Shown: positions 9,289 to 19,068 of the stretch, piece by piece
How the letters are laid out: every line of letters begins with the position of its first letter
Numbering within the stretch: position 1 is the first letter of the stretch
IMG/VR virus record: IMGVR_UViG_3300034402_000018
Span: 1 to 63,082 of that record
DNA from: a virus
Taxonomy: Duplodnaviria > Caudoviricetes
Direction: 5' to 3' (one strand)
Length of the DNA: 63,082 nt
Program-made: the position numbers and the translations under genes
The notes under the pieces: generated by a model
Told to the model about the DNA's origin: nothing
Databases searched by the model: none
The model's input: only the letters and a program-made list of their open reading frames with translations

Positions 9289-10258
9289 GAAGATGCCAGG
9301 AAGCATAGGCTACGAAGGCCTGATGCAGAAGTTGGAGATCGGCCATGTAGAGATGGTAGAAGGCCCGTCCAGCTTGACACCGCTGAGCGCGGTGACTGCT
9401 CTCCCTGGCCGCATAGTGGAGGTTACCAGGCGCGACTATAACTCCGTGAAGGGCGGCATCTACACGCCCGGCATCAAGGTGGATGCCAGGGGCAACGGCT
9501 ACAGGTCCCGCATCGTCACTGACGGGAATACCGGGGCTACGATCGTTGAGCTCGAAAAAGTCAAGCCCGACGGCTCCATAGAGCGGAGCGTCTTCCCGCC
9601 GCCCTACGTGCCTAACCTGCCCGCGGACCAGAACCACCGCCTCGACCAGGTGGGGGCGTCGGCCTTCACCCTGCTGCCGGGGCACACCAAGGGCACCTGG
9701 CTGGTGCCAGTGTGCTCCCACGTTAATCACACCAAGAACGCCCAGGGCGAGCACACCAGGCGTACCACCATTGAATTTCACATCGTGGTGGACGACGTCG
9801 TAGAGTTGAACGCGCAGGGCCAGCTCGAGATGAAAGAGGACGGCCCCAACGCATTTATACCCGGCCCGTCCGGGGGAGGAGTACCCTCAGTGACAGAAGC
9901 AGAGTTTATGACATGGATTGCAAAATTTTTCGGCACGCCCGCAGGACAGACCTTCACGGAGGCGCTCTCAGGTAGGAAGCCCGGTGAGCAAGGCTACAGC
10001 ATTCGCCAGGGCATCGAAGATAAAGTGAAAGATGCGGTGTGGGAGCTGAATGACAAGGATAACTACGGTAAGCCGGAGCACCCGCTTTCCACGAAATACC
10101 AGGACGCTACCTTTACCCGCGACATGGAGCGCCTCTTTACAGGCCTGGTGAAGCACTTAGCCGGGGGCAATCCACCCCATATCCCCTATGGAAGCGCTCT
10201 GTTCGACGCCCACATGAAGAAGCTCATCAACGAAGTGCTCGATGCGAGGGGGAAGTAA
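9272..10258 (+). CDS. Hypothetical protein
   Basis: GGAGG RBS; 328-aa ORF. Confidence 0.75.
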   Translation: MENDFEKMPGSIGYEGLMQKLEIGHVEMVEGPSSLTPLSAVTALPGRIVEVTRRDYNSVKGGIYTPGIKVDARGNGYRSRIVTDGNTGATIVELEKVKPDGSIERSVFPPPYVPNLPADQNHRLDQVGASAFTLLPGHTKGTWLVPVCSHVNHTKNAQGEHTRRTTIEFHIVVDDVVELNAQGQLEMKEDGPNAFIPGPSGGGVPSVTEAEFMTWIAKFFGTPAGQTFTEALSGRKPGEQGYSIRQGIEDKVKDAVWELNDKDNYGKPEHPLSTKYQDATFTRDMERLFTGLVKHLAGGNPPHIPYGSALFDAHMKKLINEVLDARGK

Positions 10259-10674
10259 TGCCTAACATCCACATAGTGCTCGAGGCCTTCGTAGAGAGCG
10301 ATACGCTCAAGCCCAAGGTTCAGATCCGCTGGGGCGAGAATGACATAGACCGCTGGACACCCGAAGAGGCTCGGCGTCTGGCTGGGAAGATCCTCATGGT
10401 GGCAGCCCAGGCGGAGACCGATGCCGACTTCTTCGGCATGATAGCAGCGGCCAATCAGGGAGATGTGTCGGGGGCTGCCTTCATGATCCAGGGCATGCGC
10501 GCCTACAGGGCCGACCCCAAGCTGCGCAAGAAGGCCATGCATGCCGTGCGCGTCTACCAGCAGTCGAAGAAAAACGGTAAGGCCCACCCCAAGCTCGTAG
10601 GCGAGCCTGTGTCGGGAGATATATCGGGGTTAGATAAAGGGGAGGAGGAAAGTGATGGGAAGGAGGTCGAGTAG
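10258..10674 (+). CDS. Hypothetical protein
   Basis: TAATG coupling with the upstream gene. Confidence 0.7.
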   Translation: MPNIHIVLEAFVESDTLKPKVQIRWGENDIDRWTPEEARRLAGKILMVAAQAETDADFFGMIAAANQGDVSGAAFMIQGMRAYRADPKLRKKAMHAVRVYQQSKKNGKAHPKLVGEPVSGDISGLDKGEEESDGKEVE

Positions 10675-11215
10675 AGGGCCAACGTGTGAACGTGCCCCTA
10701 TTGAAGGATCTGGTGGGCCGTGTGGTCAGCTAGCCGCGTATAGACTCATTAATGGGCGCTTCGAGTGCGAGGAACACGCACGTCACGGGATTGAAAAGCT
10801 GGGGGGCAGAGCGCACACCCCGCTCCCTTCATTCCCTCAGATCGTCTGCCTGTGCGGCTCTACGCGCTTCTGGAAAACATATCAGGAGGTCAGCCTCATC
10901 CAAACCCTGGCGGGATACATTGTACTGTCGGTGGGGGCTGCTACGGCGAGTGACGAGGAGCATTTTGGGCATCTGGCACCGGAAGAGGTAGCTCGTATCA
11001 AGGAGGCGCTCGATGAGTTGCATAAGCGCAAGATAGACCTGGCTGACCAGGTGCTCGTGCTCAATGTCGATGGGTATATCGGGGAGTCTACGGCATCGGA
11101 GATCGATTATGCGCTCTGGCAAATGAAGTGCGTGAGGTTCTTGGAACCAGCAAAGGGTGAGGCCTGGATGGCGGAGCACCACCCTACAGCGAAGGCTTGG
11201 CGCGGCGATGACTGA
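10652..11215 (+). CDS. Nucleoside 2-deoxyribosyltransferase-like protein with N-terminal Zn finger
   Basis: IVCLCGSTRF...LHKRKIDLAD.VLVLNVDGYIGEST.SEI.YA. Confidence 0.7.
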   Translation: MMGRRSSRGPTCERAPIEGSGGPCGQLAAYRLINGRFECEEHARHGIEKLGGRAHTPLPSFPQIVCLCGSTRFWKTYQEVSLIQTLAGYIVLSVGAATASDEEHFGHLAPEEVARIKEALDELHKRKIDLADQVLVLNVDGYIGESTASEIDYALWQMKCVRFLEPAKGEAWMAEHHPTAKAWRGDD

Positions 11216-11230
11216 CCTGGAGGAACAGGT

Positions 11231-11631
11231 ATGTCCTACAAGGATCCTGAGAAACAAAAACAGTGGTATATCGATAATCGCGAGCGTGTCAGGGAGAGTC
11301 AGCGCAGGAACCGCGAAAAGAACATCGAGATGCACAGGCAGAAAGATGCAGCGTGGGCACGGAAAAGAAGAAGAGTGGCTCGCAACGCAGTAGTAGACAG
11401 GTTAGGCGGTAGGTGCGTTGGCTGCGGCAACACGGATGTAAGGTTGCTTGCTATACACCATACTCAGGATGACGGTAGCAGCGCGCGGAAAAAATACGGC
11501 AATAGCCGCGGTGGTAGCACCCCACAGTACTATCTGGCCATGTTAAAGCAATTGGATATGACCCGACGTACTTGGAGTTACTTTGCGCCAACTGCCATGT
11601 GATAAAACACTGGGAGTCTGATGATGACTGA
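11231..11631 (+). pseudogene. HNH endonuclease interrupted by a -1 frameshift near 11546
   Basis: LGGRCVGCG..LAIHH..DG in frame 0. The completing LLCANCH...WESDDD* is in the -1 frame, and its stop (11629-11631) overlaps the RNase H start. Confidence 0.75.
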
Positions 11632-12157
11632 CCAACAGATGCGGGAATTTGTGATTAACCAGCGTGTCATTGAAGTCTACGCAGATGGGGGTTGTATTAA
11701 TTCCAACCCGAGCCAAATTGGCGGCACCTGGGCGTGGTGCATGGTGGGGGAGGATGGCTACGTGGTGGCCTACTCCTCCGGCGTAGTGCGCGGATATGCC
11801 ACCAACAACCAGATGGAGATGGTGGCGCTGTGCAAGGCCCTGCGCTACCTGCCGAAGGGCTGGAGCGGCCTTGTCTGCTCGGACTCCGAGGTCACGCTGG
11901 GGCGGCTCTTCCGTGGCCACGCCATGAACAACATTCCCGTTGAATGGATACCCAGGGTGCGCGAGATCGTCTCGAACCTGGGAGAGGTCCAGATACGCTT
12001 GCTGCAGGGCCATCCCACAAAGGCAGACCTCATAGCAGGCATCGGCAAGAGGAAGGGCCTGCCCGTCTCCAAGTACAACGTCTATTGCGACGAGCTATGT
12101 GCGAAGGCGGGCAAGGAGTATCTAATTAAGTTAAAGAAGGAGGCAATCAATGTCTAG
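11621..12157 (+). CDS. Ribonuclease HI-like protein
   Basis: VYADGGC, TNNQMEMVA, VCSDS, QGH and NVYCDELC catalytic pattern. Confidence 0.9.
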   Translation: MMTDQQMREFVINQRVIEVYADGGCINSNPSQIGGTWAWCMVGEDGYVVAYSSGVVRGYATNNQMEMVALCKALRYLPKGWSGLVCSDSEVTLGRLFRGHAMNNIPVEWIPRVREIVSNLGEVQIRLLQGHPTKADLIAGIGKRKGLPVSKYNVYCDELCAKAGKEYLIKLKKEAINV

Positions 12158-12428
12158 CGATGCATTACTGGAAAACATACACAACGCGGAACCCGAGTCT
12201 ATGCCGGGAGAGCAGCGCGTGCGGGCCAACTGCCAGCGTATCCAACGCATCTTGAAGGCAAACGACATCAACACCAGGGCGGATCTTCTGGCCGGGTACA
12301 ACATCGACACCGACCTGGTGAAGATAGAGGGCCTCGGCCCCACCCTGATAGAACAGCTGCAGGGCGTGGTGTCCCGCGGCAGCAAACTGGAGTGGAAAGA
12401 AGCCTTCCCCGATCTGCCCTGGGAGTGA
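12150..12428 (+). CDS. RNA polymerase alpha-CTD-like/HhH protein
   Basis: RIQRILKANDINTRADLL...DLVKIEGLGPTLIEQL parallels the alpha-CTD consensus. Confidence 0.55.
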   Translation: MSSDALLENIHNAEPESMPGEQRVRANCQRIQRILKANDINTRADLLAGYNIDTDLVKIEGLGPTLIEQLQGVVSRGSKLEWKEAFPDLPWE

Positions 12429-12432
12429 TGTT

Positions 12433-12759
12433 ATGGCTAAACCCCAGACCTTAGACTCGAACTGGGCTTCTGTCCTCAACGAGGTCGGTAACAGGGACGG
12501 CGTAACTGTGCAAATGCAGGATGGCTCTATCTACTTCACCCCAACCCTCGCTGAAAAGATGGTAGTTATGGATGGAGCTGACAGTGTGGAAGCCCTTCAA
12601 TCTGTCAGGGAGCCTAACTTTCTGAGGATGCAGGAGATGCAGTTTGGCGGCAAGTTTTACGCTACTTACCTGGACCTGGGGCCTATTGGCCCAGCTCTGG
12701 TGAAACAGCACGGCCCTGTCATCCATTATCGACTATCCAGGAAGGTCGTAGATGACTGA
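12433..12759 (+). CDS. Hypothetical protein
   Basis: ORF coupled to dnaB. Confidence 0.6.
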   Translation: MAKPQTLDSNWASVLNEVGNRDGVTVQMQDGSIYFTPTLAEKMVVMDGADSVEALQSVREPNFLRMQEMQFGGKFYATYLDLGPIGPALVKQHGPVIHYRLSRKVVDD

Positions 12760-14065
12760 CCAGGTAACGACACCAGTCCCGTACAACATCGTCGCCGAGG
12801 AAGCTCTCCTCGGCGGTATTATCCTGGACCACGAAAACCTGGCCAGGGTGCGCGAGTACGTGCAGCCCGAAGACTTCTATATGGAGCGTCTGGGCACCGC
12901 GTATGCAGCGGCCATTCACCTGCAGAAGAAGGTGGGCTACGCAGATCTCACTGTCCTGGTCGCTGAGTGCGTGCGACGCATGGGCACCGACTCCACCGAG
13001 ACCTACCTCTGGTTGACAGACCTTGCCGCTCGTACGCCCACCAGCTCGTTTCTTTTCGCAGAGTACAATGCTGCAGAGATAGCCCGCCTCGCCACGCTGC
13101 GCCGACAGATCTCTGTAGGCGGGGAGATAGCAGCTCTTGCTTACGACACGGACCCCGGCAAGGACCCGCTGGCCGAGGCCAGGGAGCGCCTGGAGGCGGT
13201 GGAGCAGCGGCGGCCGCAGAGCTTCACCCACATTGAGCCGCTGGTCTCCAGCTACTTCGATAAGGTTGAGGCGGGGCCTACCAACGCGGGAATACCTACG
13301 GGCTTCTTCTGGCTCGACAAGGTGACCGGGGGCCTGCAGCGCAATGACCTGGTGCTCATAGCTGGTCGTCCCGGCCATGGCAAAACTTCGATTTCAACAG
13401 GCATTCTCCGTAACTCCGCCAGGTACGGCAGCCCCGGCGCTATCTTCTCCCTGGAGATGAAGCGCGAGGAGCTGGTGGGGAGGCTGCTTTCGGAGGAGGC
13501 AGGCATCGACGGCAGGCGGCTCGACATAGGAGAGATTAACGACAATGAGTGGGCGCGCCTGCAGGACAAGGGGGGCAGGCTCTCGAAGCTGCCCATCTAC
13601 ATCAACGATCGCGCCTCGCAGACGGTGGAGACGATAAGCACGGCCACCAGGCGCGTGGTGCGCGAGTACGGCGTCTCCCTGGTGATAATCGACTACATAC
13701 AGCTTGTGGAGGGCACCGATAAGCGCGAGCGCAACCGCGTGCAGGAGGTCACGGAGATCTCGAGGGGTCTCAAGAAGCTGACGATGGAGCTTGATATATG
13801 CGTTGTAGCGTGTGCCCAGCTGTCGCGGGCGGTCGAGCACCGAAAGAGCAACGAGCCAGTCCTCTCCGACCTGAGAGAGTCTGGGAGTCTGGAGCAAGAC
13901 GCGGACATTGTCATGTTCATCCACAGGGAGGAGCTGTACGACCGCGAGACGGACAAGAAGGGCCTGGGCGAGGTAATCATCGCGAAGCACCGCTCCGGCC
14001 CACTGGCGCGCATCCCGCTTCGCTGGGTGCCCCAACTGACGGCGTTTCAAGATATATGGTACTAG
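12752..14065 (+). CDS. dnaB: Replicative DNA helicase
   Basis: AEEALLG, IPTGF, AGRPGHGKT, FSLEM, IIDYIQL, SDLRESGSLEQDAD and KHRSGP motifs. Confidence 0.96.
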   Translation: MTDQVTTPVPYNIVAEEALLGGIILDHENLARVREYVQPEDFYMERLGTAYAAAIHLQKKVGYADLTVLVAECVRRMGTDSTETYLWLTDLAARTPTSSFLFAEYNAAEIARLATLRRQISVGGEIAALAYDTDPGKDPLAEARERLEAVEQRRPQSFTHIEPLVSSYFDKVEAGPTNAGIPTGFFWLDKVTGGLQRNDLVLIAGRPGHGKTSISTGILRNSARYGSPGAIFSLEMKREELVGRLLSEEAGIDGRRLDIGEINDNEWARLQDKGGRLSKLPIYINDRASQTVETISTATRRVVREYGVSLVIIDYIQLVEGTDKRERNRVQEVTEISRGLKKLTMELDICVVACAQLSRAVEHRKSNEPVLSDLRESGSLEQDADIVMFIHREELYDRETDKKGLGEVIIAKHRSGPLARIPLRWVPQLTAFQDIWY

Positions 14066-14075
14066 GAGGAAAACA

Positions 14076-14306
14076 ATGAGTAAGCCGACCTGCATAAGGT
14101 GTTTTGAGGATTTCCCTGTAGTGCAGGAAGCGAAGGGGTCGCGCAAGGCGTGGCGCATGGGGGAGATGCGGGAGATATTGATTGGGACTGCGGCCAATAG
14201 AACCGAGCTTGAAAATTATGTGCCGGTGCTGGAGCTACAGCAGAAACTCTACCTATGTGGTAATTGCTTCTTTGACCTAACGGACGAGGCGGACGAAGAG
14301 GATTAG
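14076..14306 (+). CDS. Zn-finger protein
   Basis: CIRC...YLCGNCFFDL; AGGAGG RBS. Confidence 0.7.
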   Translation: MSKPTCIRCFEDFPVVQEAKGSRKAWRMGEMREILIGTAANRTELENYVPVLELQQKLYLCGNCFFDLTDEADEED

Positions 14307-14319
14307 CTAGGAGGGCTGT

Positions 14320-14508
14320 ATGAACACTATCTGTGAGGCGTGCGGACGCCCGTCCTGCGTCCTGGTGAAGGTAGGCTGGGTGTGGTATTGCGGGTGGTGC
14401 TTCATAGACTACAAAGCAGCAAGACATGCAAAACTGAGAGAGGCTGCCTGGCTCAAAAGGACAGGCACCACGAAAGCAGAATGGAGGGCAAGGCAAGCCA
14501 ATGGCTAA
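14320..14508 (+). CDS. Small Zn-finger protein
   Basis: CEAC...CGWC; AGGAGG RBS. Confidence 0.65.
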   Translation: MNTICEACGRPSCVLVKVGWVWYCGWCFIDYKAARHAKLREAAWLKRTGTTKAEWRARQANG

Positions 14509-14860
14509 CCTCGAAGGGCTGGACCTGGGTCAGCAACTATACATCCGTCAGCAAGAACTGGCCTGGACGCCTAATTCAGAGTTGCCAGATGACTTCTTAC
14601 AGATGGCACCTATCTATACCTATAGCCAGGAGTATGCTGCCCTCCCTGACGAACTGAGGGAAGAGTATGAAGACCTGGCGCAGTATGTAGTGGCTCACTA
14701 CTTATACGAGCGGGCAAACAGACAGTACCGGATCAACTGCTCCGGCTGCGGGCGCTTCATACCCAAGAGCGCGGTCCACAAAGCAGGCGGCTATGAAGTG
14801 CCTTCGTGGGCTGCCGATTGGGACTGCCCACACTGTGGCATACATGATGGTAATTATTAG
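14501..14860 (+). CDS. Zn-ribbon protein
   Basis: CSGC...CPHC. Confidence 0.65.
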   Translation: MANLEGLDLGQQLYIRQQELAWTPNSELPDDFLQMAPIYTYSQEYAALPDELREEYEDLAQYVVAHYLYERANRQYRINCSGCGRFIPKSAVHKAGGYEVPSWAADWDCPHCGIHDGNY

Positions 14861-14870
14861 GAGGAGAATG

Positions 14871-15143
14871 ATGGCAGGTAGAGACCCTATAGAGCAATTA
14901 CCCTGGAGTTTCATGGAGGGGCTAAACAGGGAGCACCCACGCCCCAGCGTTGCTGAATGCAGAGCAGCCCTGTTCATAGCGCAGCAGCTGGGAACAGCGC
15001 GCAACCTACTCTTTGAGGCCGAGCGTATCTTAGTCTCGCAGGGTGAGGACAGCGTTGCTATATTCGAGGCGCGCATGCGCCTGGCCGACAAGGCGGAGCG
15101 CGCTGAGCGGGCTGCTGTGCAGCTCATGAGAGGAGAAAAGTGA
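14871..15143 (+). CDS. Hypothetical protein
   Basis: AGGAGG RBS before ATG 14868/14871. Confidence 0.6.
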   Translation: MAGRDPIEQLPWSFMEGLNREHPRPSVAECRAALFIAQQLGTARNLLFEAERILVSQGEDSVAIFEARMRLADKAERAERAAVQLMRGEK

Positions 15144-15547
15144 TGACTAGCGAGGAACTGAACGAGAAGCTGAGGGAGATTGAGAACCGCGGAGCCTACA
15201 GCATCTCCGAATTGGATCGGCATGGCAAGATGCTGCCCTACGTCGGCTGGTACTGGCGCGACGTGGACTTTGCCACGCCGGCGATCCGGCTCGGTGACTG
15301 CGGCTCTTTCAAGGGCTTCATGGAGGACAATAAGTGGGACCACATCGAGTGGTCACCGAGTGCCGAGGAGAGTGCGGATATCGTTCGCCTGGTGCATGCG
15401 GTAGCCGAAAAGCCGGGGCCTGAGAGCCTGCGCGCCCTGTATAACTACATCCAGGGCCTGAAGCCTCCCGAAGATGTTGTGAAAGAGCACGCAGAGTTTG
15501 AGGCACGCTACAGCGACATGCTAAACATACCGACTATAGGGTTTTAG
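15140..15547 (+). CDS. Hypothetical protein
   Basis: GTGA overlap; GAGGAG RBS. Confidence 0.7.
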   Translation: MMTSEELNEKLREIENRGAYSISELDRHGKMLPYVGWYWRDVDFATPAIRLGDCGSFKGFMEDNKWDHIEWSPSAEESADIVRLVHAVAEKPGPESLRALYNYIQGLKPPEDVVKEHAEFEARYSDMLNIPTIGF

Positions 15548-15551
15548 AGCT

Positions 15552-16184
15552 GTGGACGATAAAGACTACACCCTGGTGCGCCTGTATAAAAGGGAGCTGA
15601 TGCGGATATCGCTCAAGTATGGAGTGCCCACAAAGTTGAGCAATGAAGGCCTTTCTGAGGTCAGGGCGGAGATCTACTGGAAAGTGTGGCAGCGGGTCAT
15701 GGCTGTGCTGGCTGCGGGCGTGCCGTTCGGTGTGAAGTTTCTTCCTTTGGATGACCGGACTTACTTTGACTTTGCGGAAGGGGAAGAGCCGAGCGGCGAG
15801 TACCGCGAGTTTGAGCTCGCGGCCCTGCTGGGCCCCCTCCAGGATGCGGAGGAGCTGGCCAGGGGCGTAGACTACAGCCTCTATCGTAAGTATGAGCGAG
15901 AGACCATGGAGATCGTCGTCACCGCAGAGACCGACAAGCTGGACCTGCTCAACAATACGACGGTCTCCCCCAAGAAAGGCATCTATTATAGGACGTGGCA
16001 GGAGTTGGCGGAGCTACTGACCGGGAGGCAGGCGGTCTCCGTGCAATTCAAGGGGCTTATAATAGGGGAGGACCCGATCGCTCCCTGGACAACAAGGTAT
16101 AAACTGACAGTGCTAGCAGCGCCGCTCCACCACATAGGTGGGTCCGGCACGGGCTTAGAGGAGGAAGTCGATGGACCTCGGTAA
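15552..16184 (+). CDS. Hypothetical protein
   Basis: 210-aa ORF within the operon. Confidence 0.7.
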   Translation: MDDKDYTLVRLYKRELMRISLKYGVPTKLSNEGLSEVRAEIYWKVWQRVMAVLAAGVPFGVKFLPLDDRTYFDFAEGEEPSGEYREFELAALLGPLQDAEELARGVDYSLYRKYERETMEIVVTAETDKLDLLNNTTVSPKKGIYYRTWQELAELLTGRQAVSVQFKGLIIGEDPIAPWTTRYKLTVLAAPLHHIGGSGTGLEEEVDGPR

Positions 16185-16605
16185 ACTGATAGACCAGATA
16201 GGCAGCGGCACTTTTGAGCCGAAGGTCGTGGAACTGATTAATGGGTTGACGTTTGTAGTGGTAAGCCTACGGGTCAATAAATGCCCCACCTGTGGGAAGC
16301 TGATGATCTTTATAGGAAACTGGTCAGATTCGCACTTGCTTAGGCAATTGACGCAGGCGGGCATAATGAAGGAGACCCTCTGGACCTACCGCAATAGAAA
16401 CATTTGCGAGGAATGCTTTGCTGCGGGGAAGGCGGGCTTCAAGTGTTTCCTCTGCGAGAAGGACCGCACCAGCGACGAGGAGAAAGAGAGCTGGGGAGAC
16501 CCCCCAGAGTATCTCTGCACCATGTGCTTTGAGACGGGCACTGCGAAGGCGTGGGCAGAGGCTCAGAAGAAGTTGTATGAGAGGCACAAGCACGACCATG
16601 AGTGA
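16171..16605 (+). CDS. Multi-Zn-finger hypothetical protein
   Basis: Four CxxC motifs. Confidence 0.7.
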   Translation: MDLGKLIDQIGSGTFEPKVVELINGLTFVVVSLRVNKCPTCGKLMIFIGNWSDSHLLRQLTQAGIMKETLWTYRNRNICEECFAAGKAGFKCFLCEKDRTSDEEKESWGDPPEYLCTMCFETGTAKAWAEAQKKLYERHKHDHE

Positions 16606-17074
16606 CCCTAGCCACGATGAATACGGCCCGATACCGCCGGAGCCCGAGCCTTACGTGTGCGTCTGCGGGGCAAAGACTGACAGTCCGCACAGGTACAGCT
16701 GCTGCTACTACTGCGGGGCGCTGATCCCCTACGAGGTGCGCAAAGCAGCAGCTGAGCTCACGGGCCATACGGGGGTCGTCATTGATCCTTCGACCAGGCC
16801 AGGCACCACTCGCCACCATTTTGTAGTGAGTACGCGCTTTGGAGGGTCTCAGCGTGCCTATGAGATGGCTGCTTGCCTGGCGCTTGGCGGCCATAATGCA
16901 GCAGTGATGAAGTCTGATGGCTCGATAGAGGGGATGGAGGCCGTCAACCAGAGGAATATAATTATAGGCAGGCTGCGCGATTTGGTAGAGCAGCATGCAA
17001 TTATTTTGCGGCAGCCTACTCCTGACTGGCTGGAGGAACTACACGATTTTCCGAGGAGGGAAGAAAATGAGTAA
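16598..17074 (+). CDS. Hypothetical Cys-containing protein
   Basis: Overlapping start; CVCG and CYYCG. Confidence 0.6.
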   Translation: MSDPSHDEYGPIPPEPEPYVCVCGAKTDSPHRYSCCYYCGALIPYEVRKAAAELTGHTGVVIDPSTRPGTTRHHFVVSTRFGGSQRAYEMAACLALGGHNAAVMKSDGSIEGMEAVNQRNIIIGRLRDLVEQHAIILRQPTPDWLEELHDFPRREENE

Positions 17075-17339
17075 ATATATTGTAATGGTTGTAGACACTG
17101 AAGGCAATGCAAAGTGGGCAGTTAAGGGCCCATTCGCCGACCATCTGATTCACATGTTGAATGCGCAGGAAGAAGTCTTTGGAGTAGAGTCTTTGAAACC
17201 GCAGCCTGGTATTAAGTTGACACCAATGCTTTCTCGACCTGCGGAAGATGCAGGTAAACCGTTTACTACCCACCCGGCTGACTGGTGGCTGGAGCCTGTA
17301 TTGGAGGAGGATAATAACGAGGAGACGTCACACTTATGA
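17067..17339 (+). CDS. Hypothetical protein
   Basis: GAGGAGG RBS. Confidence 0.6.
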   Translation: MSKYIVMVVDTEGNAKWAVKGPFADHLIHMLNAQEEVFGVESLKPQPGIKLTPMLSRPAEDAGKPFTTHPADWWLEPVLEEDNNEETSHL

Positions 17340-17554
17340 CCAAACATATAGCCAGTCTAACGGCATTTAGTTGGGAGTACAAGGTGTTGTGCGGAACAGA
17401 ACAGCCGGATAATGAAAATATATTGGAGTCGCACGAGTTGACAACACCAGGTCGTACCATGTCGGACGTGTGTCTCGCTTGTTTTGTTGAATGGGTTATT
17501 ATCAGAATAGATCAGGCTGTAAAGGGTTTTGGGGAGGGCGAAGATGGCAGGTGA
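17336..17554 (+). CDS. Hypothetical protein
   Basis: ATGA overlap. Confidence 0.55.
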   Translation: MTKHIASLTAFSWEYKVLCGTEQPDNENILESHELTTPGRTMSDVCLACFVEWVIIRIDQAVKGFGEGEDGR

Positions 17555-17987
17555 TGTAGAGTTTCGGTATATACCAATAGGGAAGCTCAAGGAGCTGCTG
17601 GCCGCCTACGAAGACACCGATATGGTGTGGCCCAACGATGTGCATAATTTGACAATCTTTCGCCCTGACCCTGATTGCGAAGACGGGCTGCGCATGATAG
17701 CGGCCATCAACGTGCGGTCTGAGGAGGTTGAGTGGGAGCCCGATGAGGAGGAAAGTGGAGAAGAAAAGAAGCCACCTATAGCAAATGCAGATAACAGACT
17801 CACATGCGTACGGTGCTTAAAGCCTTACCCTGTCGCAACTGAGCCATCGGGCTGGAGCATGCGGTTTATACGGCCTATAAGCGTGCTGCCTGAGCATTTG
17901 TTGAACAAGCTGGAGCACTCAATGGGAGTAATAGATCCTGCTTCCTACCTGTGCGGAGACTGTTACTTTGACCTGATGGAGGAATGA
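17544..17987 (+). CDS. Two-domain protein with a C-terminal Zn finger paralogous to 14076..14306
   Basis: CVRC...YLCGDCYFDL. Confidence 0.65.
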   Translation: MAGDVEFRYIPIGKLKELLAAYEDTDMVWPNDVHNLTIFRPDPDCEDGLRMIAAINVRSEEVEWEPDEEESGEEKKPPIANADNRLTCVRCLKPYPVATEPSGWSMRFIRPISVLPEHLLNKLEHSMGVIDPASYLCGDCYFDLMEE

Positions 17988-17988
17988 A

Positions 17989-18234
17989 ATGAGCGACTTT
18001 CAATACTCTACGTATGCCCCACCCCTGGTGCTGCTCAACCTGGGCACCGATCGCTGCCCAACATGGGTGAACCCTGAAGAGATCGCTGCAATGGAGTATC
18101 CGGAGTTCGACCAAAGACGCACCAAAATAATCTTGAAGTCGGGGCAAGCTGTTTACTCTCAACGCCCTATCTATGAAGTTGAGAGGATAATACGAGGATC
18201 GTCCAAGAATAAAAGTACACCTGCTGGAGAATAA
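17989..18234 (+). CDS. Hypothetical protein (FlbD/SwrD-like pattern)
   Basis: WVNPEEIAAME...TKIILKSG...IYEV. Confidence 0.55.
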   Translation: MSDFQYSTYAPPLVLLNLGTDRCPTWVNPEEIAAMEYPEFDQRRTKIILKSGQAVYSQRPIYEVERIIRGSSKNKSTPAGE

Positions 18235-18236
18235 CT

Positions 18237-18635
18237 ATGGATCCTGATTTTGACATAATGCTACAGCACCCCCCTGGGTCCCAGCTCAACGACTGGGTAG
18301 CCAGGTATGCTATGGACCAGCGCAGAGTGGGTGACTGCTCCTTGGGCGACCCCCTATGTTTGGGGAAATACGAGCCGCAGGTGGGGCGCTGGCCCTGCCT
18401 CCCACCCTACAGCAACAGTGACGACATGGCCGCTGCCTGGCTGGTGCTGAAGAAGCTGGGCCTGAGTATAGGCCCTCACGATGGACAGTGGCTGGTAACC
18501 AACAACAATCGCTGGGACGGCAACTGGGGTTACCCGGACTCATTCGATGTGAATGCCGATGAACCGGCCCTTGCTATCTGCAGGGCCGCACTCAAACTTG
18601 CACAGCAGAGGCAGGCAGGTGTACAATTACCGTGA
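18237..18635 (+). CDS. Phage ABA-sandwich-like domain protein
   Basis: LNDWVA...PPYS..DMAAAWLVLKKL...PALAICRAAL. Confidence 0.7.
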   Translation: MDPDFDIMLQHPPGSQLNDWVARYAMDQRRVGDCSLGDPLCLGKYEPQVGRWPCLPPYSNSDDMAAAWLVLKKLGLSIGPHDGQWLVTNNNRWDGNWGYPDSFDVNADEPALAICRAALKLAQQRQAGVQLP

Positions 18636-18705
18636 TGCTATATGTGGGAAGTGGAGTTCGCAACGGCCGCCCACAAAAAGACCCGTGGTTCGAGGTAGCA
18701 TTCAA

Positions 18706-18810
18706 GTCCTGGCTGTAAGATCTGTGAATGTTCTAGGCGTGAGCAGGGAAGACAGTTAAGGTGGAGTCGTACGGCGTTGCAATGCGAGTGGCGCCGTACG
18801 GCCAGGACCA
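18706..18810 (+). ncRNA. Structured RNA ending in ACCA (tRNA-like element A)
   Basis: CCTGGCT/GGCCAGG-A-CCA closing stem next to the hairpin GTACGGCG...CGCCGTAC. Confidence 0.45.
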
Positions 18811-18828
18811 GCATATAGGAGGAAAGCA

Positions 18829-19065
18829 GTGGCGGACGAGGTAGTAAGTGGGAAGGTATATGGAGAGGGGACCGGGGCCACAGTCACTTTACTGTGCAGC
18901 GGCTATGTAAGCAAGTCGCCTATCACGATTGATGGCCGCAAGACTGTAGCGCCTAGGACCGGCATCAATGTGTGGTTGTGGCTCCAACTGGCGTACTTGC
19001 TGGACCGCGCTCGTGCGTGGGCCGCACGCAAAGCTAACAAGGCCAGGTGGGGAGAGGACAGTTAA
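18829..19065 (+). CDS. Hypothetical protein
   Basis: AGGAGG RBS with GTG start. Confidence 0.65.
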   Translation: MADEVVSGKVYGEGTGATVTLLCSGYVSKSPITIDGRKTVAPRTGINVWLWLQLAYLLDRARAWAARKANKARWGEDS

Positions 19066-19068
19066 TGT

